Shown in pieces: positions 16,128 through 27,005 of a stretch of DNA of 64,000 nt. The stretch is from a virus (Duplodnaviria; Caudoviricetes), in the IMG/VR virus record IMGVR_UViG_3300008107_000043, positions 1-64,000 of that record, one strand, 5' to 3'. Each line of letters starts with the position of its first letter. The stretch's first letter is position 1. The notes beneath the pieces are model-generated. The model made no database searches, had not been told where the DNA came from, and was given only the letters and a program-made list of their open reading frames with translations. The translations under genes and the position numbers were made by a program.

Positions 16128-18857
16128 ATGGAACCAAAAGCACTAGCACCTGCAAAAATCAATCCAACAAAACTTCTAGGTGGTTCCTCCTTTGCAATTA
16201 AAAAAATTAGTGTATCAAACAATATTGGACCTCAAAAAGGTGATTTGGTAGTTATTAAAACTCAAGTTATAGAAGTAAAAAACTTGATCAAAAGTTCTAC
16301 TTTATTAAAGCAAGTAGAAATAACCAAAAAAAGAAAACAAGAAGAGAAGGATAAATTTTCAAAAAAAGAAGCAGAACTTGAAACAAAAAAAGAACAACCA
16401 GGAACAGAAAAAGTTAAAGTTCCTGGGGTTCCCAAATTGGGATTTTTAGAAAGAGTTAAAAATATTATCTTCGCAGTTTTACTTGGAAGATTTGTTGTTA
16501 AGATGCTTCCAAATCTTCCAAAATTACTTGGAGTAGTAAAAGCAGTTAGTACTGGTGTTGAATTTGCTGCAGATTTTTCTGTAGGATTGATTGATGCACT
16601 GGGAACTTTTATTCAAAAAACAGATGAAGCATCAAAACAAACTCGTGGATTTCTAAAGACTGTGGGTGGGGATAATGCAGTTAAAATTTTTGATGGATTT
16701 AATAATGCCGTTAATGCAGTTATTATTGCTGCAATTGCCGCAACACAATTACCCTCATTTGATAGACTTAAAACTGAACCAGCTGGCGGTGTTCCCTCAT
16801 CAGGATCTGGTCAAACAGCATCAAGATTTGGCAAAAGAACATTAATAAGAACACTTGGTAGGGGCGGTGCAAAAGTAGCACTCAGGGCTGCAAGACCACT
16901 TTTAAAAGCAATTCCCATAATTGGAGGTCTTATTGATTTTGCAATAAATTATTTTATTTTTAAAGAACCACTTGGAAGAGCAGCATTTAAATCTATTGGT
17001 GCTACACTTGGAGCGGTTCTTGGTGTAACACTTGGTTCTGCAATTCCTTTCTTTGGAAATATTGTTGGTGGTATTGCCGGTGGTAGTGTTGGTGATTGGT
17101 TAGGTGGACTTTTATACGATACTTTTTTTGGAAATAAAACCCCACAAAAACCAAAAGTTCAAGGTCGTGCTCAAGGTGGAGCAATAACAAGAGGTGGAAA
17201 GTTTACTGGTGGTCCTGCAAAAAGAGGAGTTTCTAAAACTAAAAAGAGAGGAGTAACTGCACAACCAACAAAATTAAAACCAGGTGCTGACATTGGTGGA
17301 CAAAAAAATGTTGAGAAAGTTTTTCCATCTCCTCAAGGTAAAGATAAAAATAAGCAAGTAAATCCTCTTGGATATATTAAAAAATCCAATGAAAAAATTA
17401 AGAATGCACCATTCTTTGGAGCACTATTATCACTCAGGGACAAGGCATTGGTTGGTCAAAAACCAACACCATTAGACTATAGTATTGCTGCACAAGGACT
17501 TAATGCTTGGATGAATATGACATTCAGTTCTGGTGTATTGAGAGGTGGTGCATTTGCTAGTGGTGGTGAAGTAAATGCTGATATGTTTTTAAGAGGCGAA
17601 GACTTAACTCAAGTAATTTCTAAGTCTCTGCAAGATAATATTTCAAAACAACTTGAAGGAAGTATCCAAGATTTGATGAAGCAGATGATGTTAAAACCTG
17701 CTGAAGGTGAAAAGAAAGAAAATGTTCCATCCACTACTCCAGATGTTGGTGGACAATATTCTCCAGAAGGACTTCAGGGCGAAATATATCAATACCTCCT
17801 CTCAAAGGGAATGAGTGACACTCATGCATTGGGTATTATGGCAAATATATTCAGAGAAAGTGGATTTAGACCTGGAGTTTCTGAAGCTGGAGGACCTGGA
17901 GTTGGTCTATTCCAATATTCAAGTGGTGGAAGAAAAGATGCTTTCCTAAAGGCAGTTCCTGATTATGCAACAAACTGGAAGGGGCAAATAGATTATGCAC
18001 TAAGAGAACCTGGTGAACCAGGACAACAGTACCTTTCTATGAAATTTTCTTCACCACAAGAAGCTGCGGATTGGTTTATGAGAGAATGGGAAAGACCTGC
18101 AAAATATATTCGAGATACTGAAGGTCCAAGAATACACAGAGAATATCTTGCTAGTTTGGAGAAATATAAAACTAAGAGTGGATATAATATTCCAACCGGT
18201 GTTGCTCTTGGTGCTGGTGTAGGAAATCTTTCTGTAGTAAAAAGTCTTGCTGAAAGTATGGGAGTTGATTTATATTCTCATGTAAGGAAAGATAATCCAG
18301 ATAGTTATCATTATGATGGAAGAGCAATGGATTTTTCAAATGACAGTGTTGGTAATGGAACACCACAACAACTTTCTCTGGCTAAAGAACTAGTCAAGAG
18401 ATATGGTGCCACAGCAAAAGAAATTTTTTATACTCCACTTGGATTTAGTATAAAAGATGGAAAGAAAGTTCCTCCAATTGCTGCTAGCACACACTACAAT
18501 CATGTTCATGTTGCATTCTTTGGTGGTGGTTCAACTGGAAAGGGTGGAATTGTAAGAACTCACCCTGGCGAATATATTATTGATAAAGATTCTGTAGATG
18601 CTTTTGGAATTGATTTCTTTGATATAATTAACCAAACTGAAAGTGTTGCACAAAGAAAAAATTCAGCAAAACAACTGATGAGTATTCTTCAGTTCTATGC
18701 AGGATATGAGGCAGGTGGAAGACAAAGAATTAAAGTCAAAGTTCCTGCACCACAAGTATCATATGTTCCTGTACCAGTTCCTGTTGGTGGTGGAATGCTG
18801 CCAGGAGGGTCTTCTGCAGTAGATTCTGATTATGATTCAACTTATATGGGCCATTAA
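16128..18857 (+). CDS. tape-measure-like protein with tail lysozyme and Zn-peptidase (M15-like) domains
   Basis: GIMANIFRES...GVGLFQY...WERP; SYHYDGRAMDF...HYNHVHVAF. Confidence 0.7.
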   Translation: MEPKALAPAKINPTKLLGGSSFAIKKISVSNNIGPQKGDLVVIKTQVIEVKNLIKSSTLLKQVEITKKRKQEEKDKFSKKEAELETKKEQPGTEKVKVPGVPKLGFLERVKNIIFAVLLGRFVVKMLPNLPKLLGVVKAVSTGVEFAADFSVGLIDALGTFIQKTDEASKQTRGFLKTVGGDNAVKIFDGFNNAVNAVIIAAIAATQLPSFDRLKTEPAGGVPSSGSGQTASRFGKRTLIRTLGRGGAKVALRAARPLLKAIPIIGGLIDFAINYFIFKEPLGRAAFKSIGATLGAVLGVTLGSAIPFFGNIVGGIAGGSVGDWLGGLLYDTFFGNKTPQKPKVQGRAQGGAITRGGKFTGGPAKRGVSKTKKRGVTAQPTKLKPGADIGGQKNVEKVFPSPQGKDKNKQVNPLGYIKKSNEKIKNAPFFGALLSLRDKALVGQKPTPLDYSIAAQGLNAWMNMTFSSGVLRGGAFASGGEVNADMFLRGEDLTQVISKSLQDNISKQLEGSIQDLMKQMMLKPAEGEKKENVPSTTPDVGGQYSPEGLQGEIYQYLLSKGMSDTHALGIMANIFRESGFRPGVSEAGGPGVGLFQYSSGGRKDAFLKAVPDYATNWKGQIDYALREPGEPGQQYLSMKFSSPQEAADWFMREWERPAKYIRDTEGPRIHREYLASLEKYKTKSGYNIPTGVALGAGVGNLSVVKSLAESMGVDLYSHVRKDNPDSYHYDGRAMDFSNDSVGNGTPQQLSLAKELVKRYGATAKEIFYTPLGFSIKDGKKVPPIAASTHYNHVHVAFFGGGSTGKGGIVRTHPGEYIIDKDSVDAFGIDFFDIINQTESVAQRKNSAKQLMSILQFYAGYEAGGRQRIKVKVPAPQVSYVPVPVPVGGGMLPGGSSAVDSDYDSTYMGH

Positions 18858-18879
18858 ATAGTGTAGGAAATAAAGTCTT

Positions 18880-20229
18880 ATGAATAATCAAGTATTAACT
18901 ACAAGAGATGTTAGAAGTATTGATGTTCCAACCATCAATGTGATTTCAAATGATCAGAAAACAAATGCAGATATTAGAGATGTTTGGACTGACATCTACT
19001 ACTATGAAAGTGTCTTGCAGGAGACGATCAGAGCATCTGTAATGTATGTTGATGCTGGTACATCTATTGAAAAGGATGGCAAACAAAAGACAATTCTTGA
19101 GGGGCTGCCTATTGTTGGACAAGAAAAAGTATCCCTGAGAGTAAAAGATGCTAATAATGTTGAATTAAAACTGACTTTATATGTCAATAAAATAACTCCA
19201 GTAAAACAAGACACTACAAAGTCTTTTGTGGGACTTGATTTGATTTCTAAAGAAGGAATCTTAAATCATCAAATAAGACTTAATACTAGATTTGATGGAA
19301 AAATATCTGATCATATTTCAAGAATTTTGACAGATTCCAAATATTTGAATACTCAAAAAAATATTGATATTGAGGAAACTAATAATACTTATAATTTTAT
19401 AGGCAATAATAAGAAACCCTTTTATGCTGCCATTTGGTTGTCAAAAAAAGCAGTACCAAAAGGAATTCAACCAGGAAATACTGCAGGTTATTTTTTCTAT
19501 GAGACATCTGATGGATTTAAATTCAAATCTGTTGATAATCTTTTATCTACTACAGATTCAAAAACTGGTAATAAAAAGGAAATTAAAAGTTTAATCTATA
19601 ATCAGACTCCAGATGGTTCTGGGCAAAATATTCCACCTGGATATAGTGCAAAAATATTAGAGCATAATGTTGATGATGTAAGTGGAAATGTTCAGACAAA
19701 ACTTGAGATAGGAACATACTCAACAAAAACAATACTGTTTGATCCATTTAACTGTTACTATGAGGTAGTGTTACCAAAAACTGAAGTTACTGAAGAAAAA
19801 CTTCAACTTGCAGGTAAAGAACTTCCAAAGTTTAATCCGGAGTTTAAAACTAATTTTACAAGAACTCAATATATGTTGATTGATACTGGTACTCTTCCTA
19901 CTGGAGATACAAAACAGCAAATAGAAAAGTCAAAGTTAAAAAACTTTGACCCCAAAAATATTTTGAATCAATCAACAATGAGATATAATCAGTTGTTCAG
20001 TACAAGAACAACGATTACAATAGTTGCTGATTTTAGTTTGCACGCAGGAGATTTAGTTTTTATTGATGCTGGTGTTCCAGGACAAGAGTTAGGAACTCTT
20101 CATAGTGGTTCATATCTTATTGCGGATTTATGTCATTATATTAATAAGGCTCAGGGTGGATATACAAAACTAACATTAGTAAGAGATTCTGTAGGTAAGA
20201 AAGGATCTCCAACTTATAATGCAATTTAA
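18880..20229 (+). CDS. baseplate hub protein (gp27-like)
   Basis: YYESVL, GYFFYETSDGFKFKSVD, SGSYLIADLCH, LTLVRDS; precedes gp5. Confidence 0.7.
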   Translation: MNNQVLTTRDVRSIDVPTINVISNDQKTNADIRDVWTDIYYYESVLQETIRASVMYVDAGTSIEKDGKQKTILEGLPIVGQEKVSLRVKDANNVELKLTLYVNKITPVKQDTTKSFVGLDLISKEGILNHQIRLNTRFDGKISDHISRILTDSKYLNTQKNIDIEETNNTYNFIGNNKKPFYAAIWLSKKAVPKGIQPGNTAGYFFYETSDGFKFKSVDNLLSTTDSKTGNKKEIKSLIYNQTPDGSGQNIPPGYSAKILEHNVDDVSGNVQTKLEIGTYSTKTILFDPFNCYYEVVLPKTEVTEEKLQLAGKELPKFNPEFKTNFTRTQYMLIDTGTLPTGDTKQQIEKSKLKNFDPKNILNQSTMRYNQLFSTRTTITIVADFSLHAGDLVFIDAGVPGQELGTLHSGSYLIADLCHYINKAQGGYTKLTLVRDSVGKKGSPTYNAI

Positions 20230-20263
20230 GTTTGTTAAATAGTAGTACAATGCAATCACTAAA

Positions 20264-20476
20264 ATGGATAGTGTAGAAAAGCATATAGAGTATGATAAAA
20301 AACTTCTTGATGATCCTTTAATTTCTCCACAATCTCGTCGTCATACTGAAGAGGAATTGGAAGCATTAGAAAAGTGGGTTAAGAACCATCCAGAAGATCA
20401 TCACGATCCATCTTCTTTGGAACTTTATTGCGATTCAAATCCAGAAGCACTGGAATGTAGAGTATATGATGATTGA
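20264..20476 (+). CDS. cp12: CP12 Calvin-cycle inhibitor
   Basis: LELYCDSNPEALECRVYDD C-terminal CP12 motif. Confidence 0.9.
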   Translation: MDSVEKHIEYDKKLLDDPLISPQSRRHTEEELEALEKWVKNHPEDHHDPSSLELYCDSNPEALECRVYDD

Positions 20477-22179
20477 TTATGTCTGAAGGAACATTATTTA
20501 ATTCTGGATTTTTGGGTGCAGATTTCAATTGGTGGATTGGCCAAATTGCTGAGGATTCCACTTGGAGAGATAATATTCTTCCTGGAAAGTTTGAAAATAA
20601 AGATCAAATTGTTGGTTGGGGTCGTAGGTATAAAGTAAGAATCATTGGTCTTCACGACCAAGAGAGTACCATACTTCCTTCAGAAAAACTTCCTTGGGCA
20701 CAGGTAATGTATCCTGTGACTGCTGGTGGTGGTCAGTCAGGTTCTTCTGCAACTTCTGCATTAAGACAAGGAAATTTTGTATTTGGATTTTTCTTGGATG
20801 GACCTGACCAACAAGTTCCAGTTATTATGGGAGTTCTTGGTAATAACGCCCAAACTCAACTTGGTGTTAAAACTGGCGATAAGGGATTTGTTCCTTTAAC
20901 TGGATATAATCGTGTAGACGATCCTAATCCTGATGCAAACATTTCAGTTGCAGATAAAAATCTTGCAATTACTAAACCAAAAGGTTCTGAACAATCACAG
21001 GAATGTTCGCCCATAGTATCTGGGGTTACTCTGGATAAGTATGGACTTCCATATGGAAAAGCAACTAAAGCACAGTTGCAAGATATTCAAAGTGCATCTG
21101 CAGAAGCAAACGCAAGAAATTTAACTGGTAATGCTTTTGATGAGTTTGTCAAGAATGCGGTTCAAAACGGAATCAAAAATCGTTGTGAGCAGGCAAACTC
21201 TTCAACATCTTCAGCAAGACCTGGAGCAACAATAGAGCAACCTGATAATCCACACCAACAAAGTGTTGCTGATGTAAAGAAGAATGATCTTTATCATAGA
21301 AAGGTTGTTCTAATGTCTCCTTGTGATGTTACAAATTCATCATTAAAAGCAATGCAAGTTGTGATTGAAAATCTAACAAATGATATTAATAAAAAATTAA
21401 ATGCTGCAGTAAGTTATATTGATGCTGCTACTGATGTCCTTTCGCAAATTCAAACATTAATTTCAAATGCTGCTTGTGAAATTGCAAAGTATATGAAGAC
21501 TATCTTTGATAAAATTATGGAATATGTTTTGAAGAAAATTAATAAAGCAATGTCTCCAACTGTCAGTCTGATGTATCCAAATCAGAGACATAGGTACTTA
21601 GACATTAAAGAAAAAATTACTGAATTAATATACTGTCTTTATCAAAAAATTACTAATAACCTATGTGCATTAATCCAAGGAATTCTTGATAGCGAACTGG
21701 ATACAAAAACAATTCCACCAGAAACCTCTTCACCTACAACACCAATATGTTCTGTTGAATCTTTAACTGGTAAGGTAATTTCTGCAAATATGGGTGCTAT
21801 GAATCAGGGAATTGATGATGTCTTGACAAGTATTAATGGATTCTTGGGCGATATTATTGGGGAACTAAACGAAGTATCATCAGTAATAGGTAGCGTTAGT
21901 GAGTTGATTAATTCTATAAGTTCAAGTTTAACTTCTGCACTAAGTTTTCAAAATATAAGTCTTTCTGTTTTTGGTTGTGATATAACTCCAAATTGTGCAG
22001 CATCATCCTATTATACACTTCAAATTGGAAGTGGTGACGCTAAAGATTGTCAGATTCCCAAATTCCCGAATGTTGACTATCAGGCACAAATTTCGTTTAA
22101 GGCACCAAAAATTGGTAATGTTCAATTTGCAACTCCATCCACAAATGTTCCGGATGTAAATGTCCAATTGGGATGTTGA
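20473..22179 (+). CDS. gp5: baseplate hub/spike protein, gp5 N-terminal OB domain
   Basis: WWIGQI...RYKVRIIGLH...LPWA...VFGFFLDG...QVPVIMG. Confidence 0.85.
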   Translation: MIMSEGTLFNSGFLGADFNWWIGQIAEDSTWRDNILPGKFENKDQIVGWGRRYKVRIIGLHDQESTILPSEKLPWAQVMYPVTAGGGQSGSSATSALRQGNFVFGFFLDGPDQQVPVIMGVLGNNAQTQLGVKTGDKGFVPLTGYNRVDDPNPDANISVADKNLAITKPKGSEQSQECSPIVSGVTLDKYGLPYGKATKAQLQDIQSASAEANARNLTGNAFDEFVKNAVQNGIKNRCEQANSSTSSARPGATIEQPDNPHQQSVADVKKNDLYHRKVVLMSPCDVTNSSLKAMQVVIENLTNDINKKLNAAVSYIDAATDVLSQIQTLISNAACEIAKYMKTIFDKIMEYVLKKINKAMSPTVSLMYPNQRHRYLDIKEKITELIYCLYQKITNNLCALIQGILDSELDTKTIPPETSSPTTPICSVESLTGKVISANMGAMNQGIDDVLTSINGFLGDIIGELNEVSSVIGSVSELINSISSSLTSALSFQNISLSVFGCDITPNCAASSYYTLQIGSGDAKDCQIPKFPNVDYQAQISFKAPKIGNVQFATPSTNVPDVNVQLGC

Positions 22180-22227
22180 TGATAAATAAGGTTAATGGAA
22201 AGACTTTGAAATATAATACTACTAAAA

Positions 22228-25200
22228 ATGCCAAATAGTTTTAACACACCAATTAGTATAGATTCTATTAGAGTTGGATATGTTGATCCATCTCTTGGGT
22301 TTGTTGATGGCATTACAGTCTGTCAAGCAAATGATTACGCATACAAAAATCCTGGAACAGTATTTGTTTTTAGGGATGGTAGCAATAATATTAAGTACTT
22401 AACTATCAATGAAGTTAATAAATTAACTACAAATGATATTGTAACCACAGCAAGTACTTGTGGTGGATATCAACAAATAAAAGAATGTGGACCACCTAAG
22501 ATTCAAATTTTTGGTGGCGGTGGAGTAGGTGCTGTAGGGAATCCAGTTGTAGGAGAAGATGGTGCGATTCTTGCAGTAGATTTGGTAAGTGGTGGATTTG
22601 GATATCAGTTCCCTCCAATTACTCAGGCAAAGGATGAATGCCAATATGGAACTGGTTCAGTATTAAGAGCAATTCTTGGCGAAACTATAGAAGAATATGA
22701 AACCTTTGAGGGAGAAGAAGACTTTGAAGAATATGAATTATGTGAGGATACTAGTGTTGGATATGGTACAAAATACGGACCCAATGGAGAAAATTTAGGT
22801 GATTGGGACCCAGATTCATATACAAGCACGACAAAAGACCCCATTCAAAATGAGATTGAAAAGTATCAAGAGTCACTTACAAAATATAAAAATCCTTTTT
22901 GGACAACAAGAAAAAAACTACCAGTAAGAATTAGTTCTTTAGGCAAAGATTTTTCTTCTTATGAGGTGACATTTCCTACTTGGAATGACTTTATGAATTC
23001 TTATGCAATTTCTCCAGTTGCTCCTTCAAATGTTGCTGGCAGTGATTTTGCAGGAAGAATATTTACATTTGAATGGGAAGAAAATTTTCCGTATGATGGA
23101 GAGTATGTTTTTAGGGGACTGTGTGATAATCTTGCAAAACTGTATATTGATGGCGATTTAATCTCTGACTTAAAGGGATTTAATGATTCGGCACAGCCAA
23201 TTCAAAAAACATTAAAATCTGGTGTTTATCTTATTAGAATTGACTTATTGAATATTCCAATAACAACGAACACTTCAACAACAACTTCAGTTACTTCTAA
23301 AATAAATGCTAAATTTGTAAAGAGAGGAAATGATTTTTATCTCGATGTTACTGGAAGTGGCACGGGTGAAGTGGATTTATTGATGGAAATTGATGATTCA
23401 TCTTATATTGCAGGACTTGCTGCGAGAGAAATTATTATTCCTTCGGATAACGGCAAAGTAAAATTTACAAGGGCAGATGGCACACCTAAAGTAGAAAACA
23501 TTAAAAAGACTATTAATGTTACTGGAGGTCAATCTTATGGACCAATACAAATATTGGGAGCAACTATTGGGGTTGCAAAACCAACTGTAAATAGCAACAA
23601 AATTGCTTTATATGATGCTGCTGGAACTGATGAAAATATCAAGTTTCTTATTACAAATGTTAAAGGAAATGTAACTACAACTTCAATTAATACATCAGCA
23701 TCTACCCCAAATGTTGCATCAATTACTACTCAGAATCCTAAAGATTATGTAATACCAGAAGCAAAAATTATTGAGAAGAAAGGTCAATATTATATTCAAG
23801 TTGGTGGAACAGGTATAGTAAACATAACATTTAAAATGGATGTGAATGATGCCTACTATATTGCAGGAATAGCAGCATCAGAAATTAGAGTTCCTTCTGA
23901 AAGTGGTACTATTTCATTAAAAAGAAAGTCAACCATAAGTATCTCCGGGCAATCTTTTCCAAATGCATATGAAAAAGAAGAGACTATTAAAAAGTCTGGT
24001 AAATTTGCTGGAGGTAAAACTTATGGTCCTATTGAAATAATCAACCAAAATCCAACAGGTCTTCCTCCAAAACTATCTGGTTCAAAAAAACTTGAACTAA
24101 GAGATGCTGAAGGAGATGATGCAAATATTAAATTTGAAATTGATAATATAGAACCACAAAAATCGACGGTTTCGAATGTTGCTACAGGTACAGTTGTATC
24201 ATCAAAATCTTGGAATGAAAATCCAATGGGCATTTCGGTAACAATTGATGCTCCACCACAACCTGTTCCTCAAGAAAAACCTCCCGTACAAGAAGGTAGA
24301 TGTCCACCAAATCCTATTTGGTCTACAAGATTTCCAAGTGCAAAGGAAAATTGGTATCCAGTTCGTTTTCCCAAATGGTCTAAATTTTTGAATAGATATG
24401 CACTATCTCCAGTAAAACCATTAGACACTCCTGGAAGTGATAGTGGTGGAATATCTTATTCAAATTCTTGGAATGTTAATGCCCCTTTTAGGGGATATTA
24501 TAAGGTTCGTGGAGAGGTTGATGATATTGCAAAAATTTATGTTGATGGAAATTTAGTTCTAGATCTATCAAGAAGAGTTGGTAAAACTAGTGGATCGGAA
24601 AAAGTTTTATTGGAAGAAGGTAATCATACGATAAAAGTTGAGGTTGAAAATTATTCTTCAGAATCTTTCTCAACAATAAATCAAAAAATCTTTAGTACTC
24701 TTGACTGGCAATCTCCTCTGACATCTACATCTTCTAATATAAAAGCAAAGTTTATTCAGAAAGGAAAAGATTATTATTTGGATGTTTCTGGGTTTGGATC
24801 TGGTGAAATTTCTTTTGTGATGGATGTCAATGATGCACCTTACATCGCTGGTCTTGCTGCGAAGGAAGTTATTATTCCTTCAGACGGCGGTAAGTTAATG
24901 TTTACTAGAACTGGCATATCTCAAAGAGATTCTATTTCATATTTTAGTATCCCAAAAGAAGAGACTATTAAAAAGTCTGGTAAATTTACTGGAGGTAAAA
25001 TTTATGGACCAATACAAATATTAGGTGCTACAGTTGGTGCAGGAACTCCAAAAGTTTTCAATAATAAGTTATCTCTATTTGATGCTGCTGGGACTGATGA
25101 AAATATCAAACTTGAAATTTCTAAAATAGAACAAACTGCAAAAAATTCAGTTACATCAAGTTCTGTTTCTTCTGGTACATCAAAGGATGGTGTAATATAT

Positions 25201-26331
25201 CAGGGACCAGAAATTTTTCACCACATTCAAACCACAGGTGGTTCAACAGGTAAGGGTTGGGGAGACTTTATGAATAAGTATTCGGTCTCTCCAAAAGTGT
25301 TTAAGAGTATATCAGAACCTGATGAAAGAATAAATGGAACATTTACTTTAACTTGGAAAAACGTAAAATTTCCTGAAGATGGGGATTACAGAGTTAGATT
25401 TCAGGCAGATAATATTGGTGTTCTTAAAATTGGCGATAAACAAGTTCAAAAGACCACAGATTTTTATGGAGATCCTGCAACAATTCAAACAAATATAACT
25501 GCAGGAACATATGATATTGTAATTGAACTGACGAATATCAAAGATAGAACCAATAAGTTTTCGAATAATCCAACAGGAACTTCTTTGGTTATTGAAAAGG
25601 ATATATCTGTAAGAGATAGTTCATCAAAATCTTGGACAGAAAATCCGATTGGAGTTTCTGCAGTTTTAATTTCTCCACCCTGTCCAAAGAAAATTAGTGG
25701 TAAGGGCGTAGTAGAAAAAATTATTATAGATGATCCTGGTAACGGATATCTTGCACCACAAGATCCTAGTGGAGGATATCCAGTTATTGTTAAATTGAAA
25801 GAAGTGCTTGTTGATAATGGTGGGATCAATTATAATTGTGGTGGCGATCAACTTAAGATTACACCAGATAATGGTGCAAAATTGAGTTATACCTGCAATG
25901 CCTTTGGCGTTATTAATACAGTGACTGTTGATGATTCTGGCACACCTTTTACAAGTTATCCAAGAATCACTCTTCCATCAGAAACCGGAGTAAATGCAAA
26001 GTTTACACCAGTCTTTGAAGTTGTAAGAGATCCTTTAGATCCAGCAATATCACCAAATAATATTATTCAAGTTACTGATTTGGTTGGTCTCAAGCAAACT
26101 GGATATGTCGATGGTCGTGCATATTATGGTGCAGTATATTATGATGAAGGTGTTAAGTATGCAGGATACTATAAGACAATTGGTACACCAATTCGTGTCT
26201 ATAATACTCTTCAGGAGAGTATTACTGCTAAGGTGACTACTCCTGCAAGTGCAATTGAAAGATCTGGTACAGATGTTACAAGTAATGATCCGCGTCTTAA
26301 TATCCCAGGAACTCCAGAGAATTTAATTTGA
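22228..26331 (+). CDS. large virion protein with repeated PA14-like and other beta domains
   Basis: Three W..F.N.Y..SP + DD/DN.AK.Y.DG modules and three IAGLAA.E..IPSD modules; ATAAATA at 22182-22188. Confidence 0.7.
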   Translation: MPNSFNTPISIDSIRVGYVDPSLGFVDGITVCQANDYAYKNPGTVFVFRDGSNNIKYLTINEVNKLTTNDIVTTASTCGGYQQIKECGPPKIQIFGGGGVGAVGNPVVGEDGAILAVDLVSGGFGYQFPPITQAKDECQYGTGSVLRAILGETIEEYETFEGEEDFEEYELCEDTSVGYGTKYGPNGENLGDWDPDSYTSTTKDPIQNEIEKYQESLTKYKNPFWTTRKKLPVRISSLGKDFSSYEVTFPTWNDFMNSYAISPVAPSNVAGSDFAGRIFTFEWEENFPYDGEYVFRGLCDNLAKLYIDGDLISDLKGFNDSAQPIQKTLKSGVYLIRIDLLNIPITTNTSTTTSVTSKINAKFVKRGNDFYLDVTGSGTGEVDLLMEIDDSSYIAGLAAREIIIPSDNGKVKFTRADGTPKVENIKKTINVTGGQSYGPIQILGATIGVAKPTVNSNKIALYDAAGTDENIKFLITNVKGNVTTTSINTSASTPNVASITTQNPKDYVIPEAKIIEKKGQYYIQVGGTGIVNITFKMDVNDAYYIAGIAASEIRVPSESGTISLKRKSTISISGQSFPNAYEKEETIKKSGKFAGGKTYGPIEIINQNPTGLPPKLSGSKKLELRDAEGDDANIKFEIDNIEPQKSTVSNVATGTVVSSKSWNENPMGISVTIDAPPQPVPQEKPPVQEGRCPPNPIWSTRFPSAKENWYPVRFPKWSKFLNRYALSPVKPLDTPGSDSGGISYSNSWNVNAPFRGYYKVRGEVDDIAKIYVDGNLVLDLSRRVGKTSGSEKVLLEEGNHTIKVEVENYSSESFSTINQKIFSTLDWQSPLTSTSSNIKAKFIQKGKDYYLDVSGFGSGEISFVMDVNDAPYIAGLAAKEVIIPSDGGKLMFTRTGISQRDSISYFSIPKEETIKKSGKFTGGKIYGPIQILGATVGAGTPKVFNNKLSLFDAAGTDENIKLEISKIEQTAKNSVTSSSVSSGTSKDGVIYQGPEIFHHIQTTGGSTGKGWGDFMNKYSVSPKVFKSISEPDERINGTFTLTWKNVKFPEDGDYRVRFQADNIGVLKIGDKQVQKTTDFYGDPATIQTNITAGTYDIVIELTNIKDRTNKFSNNPTGTSLVIEKDISVRDSSSKSWTENPIGVSAVLISPPCPKKISGKGVVEKIIIDDPGNGYLAPQDPSGGYPVIVKLKEVLVDNGGINYNCGGDQLKITPDNGAKLSYTCNAFGVINTVTVDDSGTPFTSYPRITLPSETGVNAKFTPVFEVVRDPLDPAISPNNIIQVTDLVGLKQTGYVDGRAYYGAVYYDEGVKYAGYYKTIGTPIRVYNTLQESITAKVTTPASAIERSGTDVTSNDPRLNIPGTPENLI

Positions 26332-26368
26332 CCCTATTAAATAGTACTACATTGAATCCGAATTTCTG

Positions 26369-26995
26369 ATGGCAATTCCTCCAAATAGTAAACCAAATAA
26401 TACAAGAGTAAATAATACTACATCCAAACAAAACTATACTGATATTGCTTATGGAAATGACCATGGTTCAATTAACTTTGGTCATATTTCAAAACAAGGG
26501 GATGTGACTGCTGACGTACAACTTCAGGCATCTGATGGTCGTCATCAAATCACTTTAGATAAAGATGGTCCAAGAAAAGGATGTACCTCAATAACAGCTC
26601 CTGGCAATTTTCAAATTCAATGTGGTCTTGATAAGAATGAAGCAGAAGATACTCTGTTTATAAATGCTGTGAATGGCAATGTTTGTATCATTGCTAGTAA
26701 TGGAAAACTGAGACTTCAGGGAACTGATATTGAATTGGTTGCAATTGGTGAGGGTGGAAGCAAAGGAAATATTCGTATGAATGCAAAAGGTGGTTCTATT
26801 GAAATGGACGCCAAAAAGGTCTTGATAAATGCCTCAAGTTTGTGTAAAATGGCATCTAGTGGAAAAGTTGAGGTGGCAGCAAATAGTTGCTTAAGTATGT
26901 ACGGTTCTATAATTAGAGGAGTTACTGATGCTTGTGCAGTAAAAGACTCTAAAGTTGGTGGAAGAAGATTCCAAGTAAGTCAAGAAATTTTTTAA
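26369..26995 (+). CDS. baseplate/spike-associated protein (possible gp5 C-terminal-like)
   Basis: Short beta-strand repeats; position after gp5. Confidence 0.5.
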   Translation: MAIPPNSKPNNTRVNNTTSKQNYTDIAYGNDHGSINFGHISKQGDVTADVQLQASDGRHQITLDKDGPRKGCTSITAPGNFQIQCGLDKNEAEDTLFINAVNGNVCIIASNGKLRLQGTDIELVAIGEGGSKGNIRMNAKGGSIEMDAKKVLINASSLCKMASSGKVEVAANSCLSMYGSIIRGVTDACAVKDSKVGGRRFQVSQEIF

Positions 26996-27005
26996 GGAGA
27001 AATAA

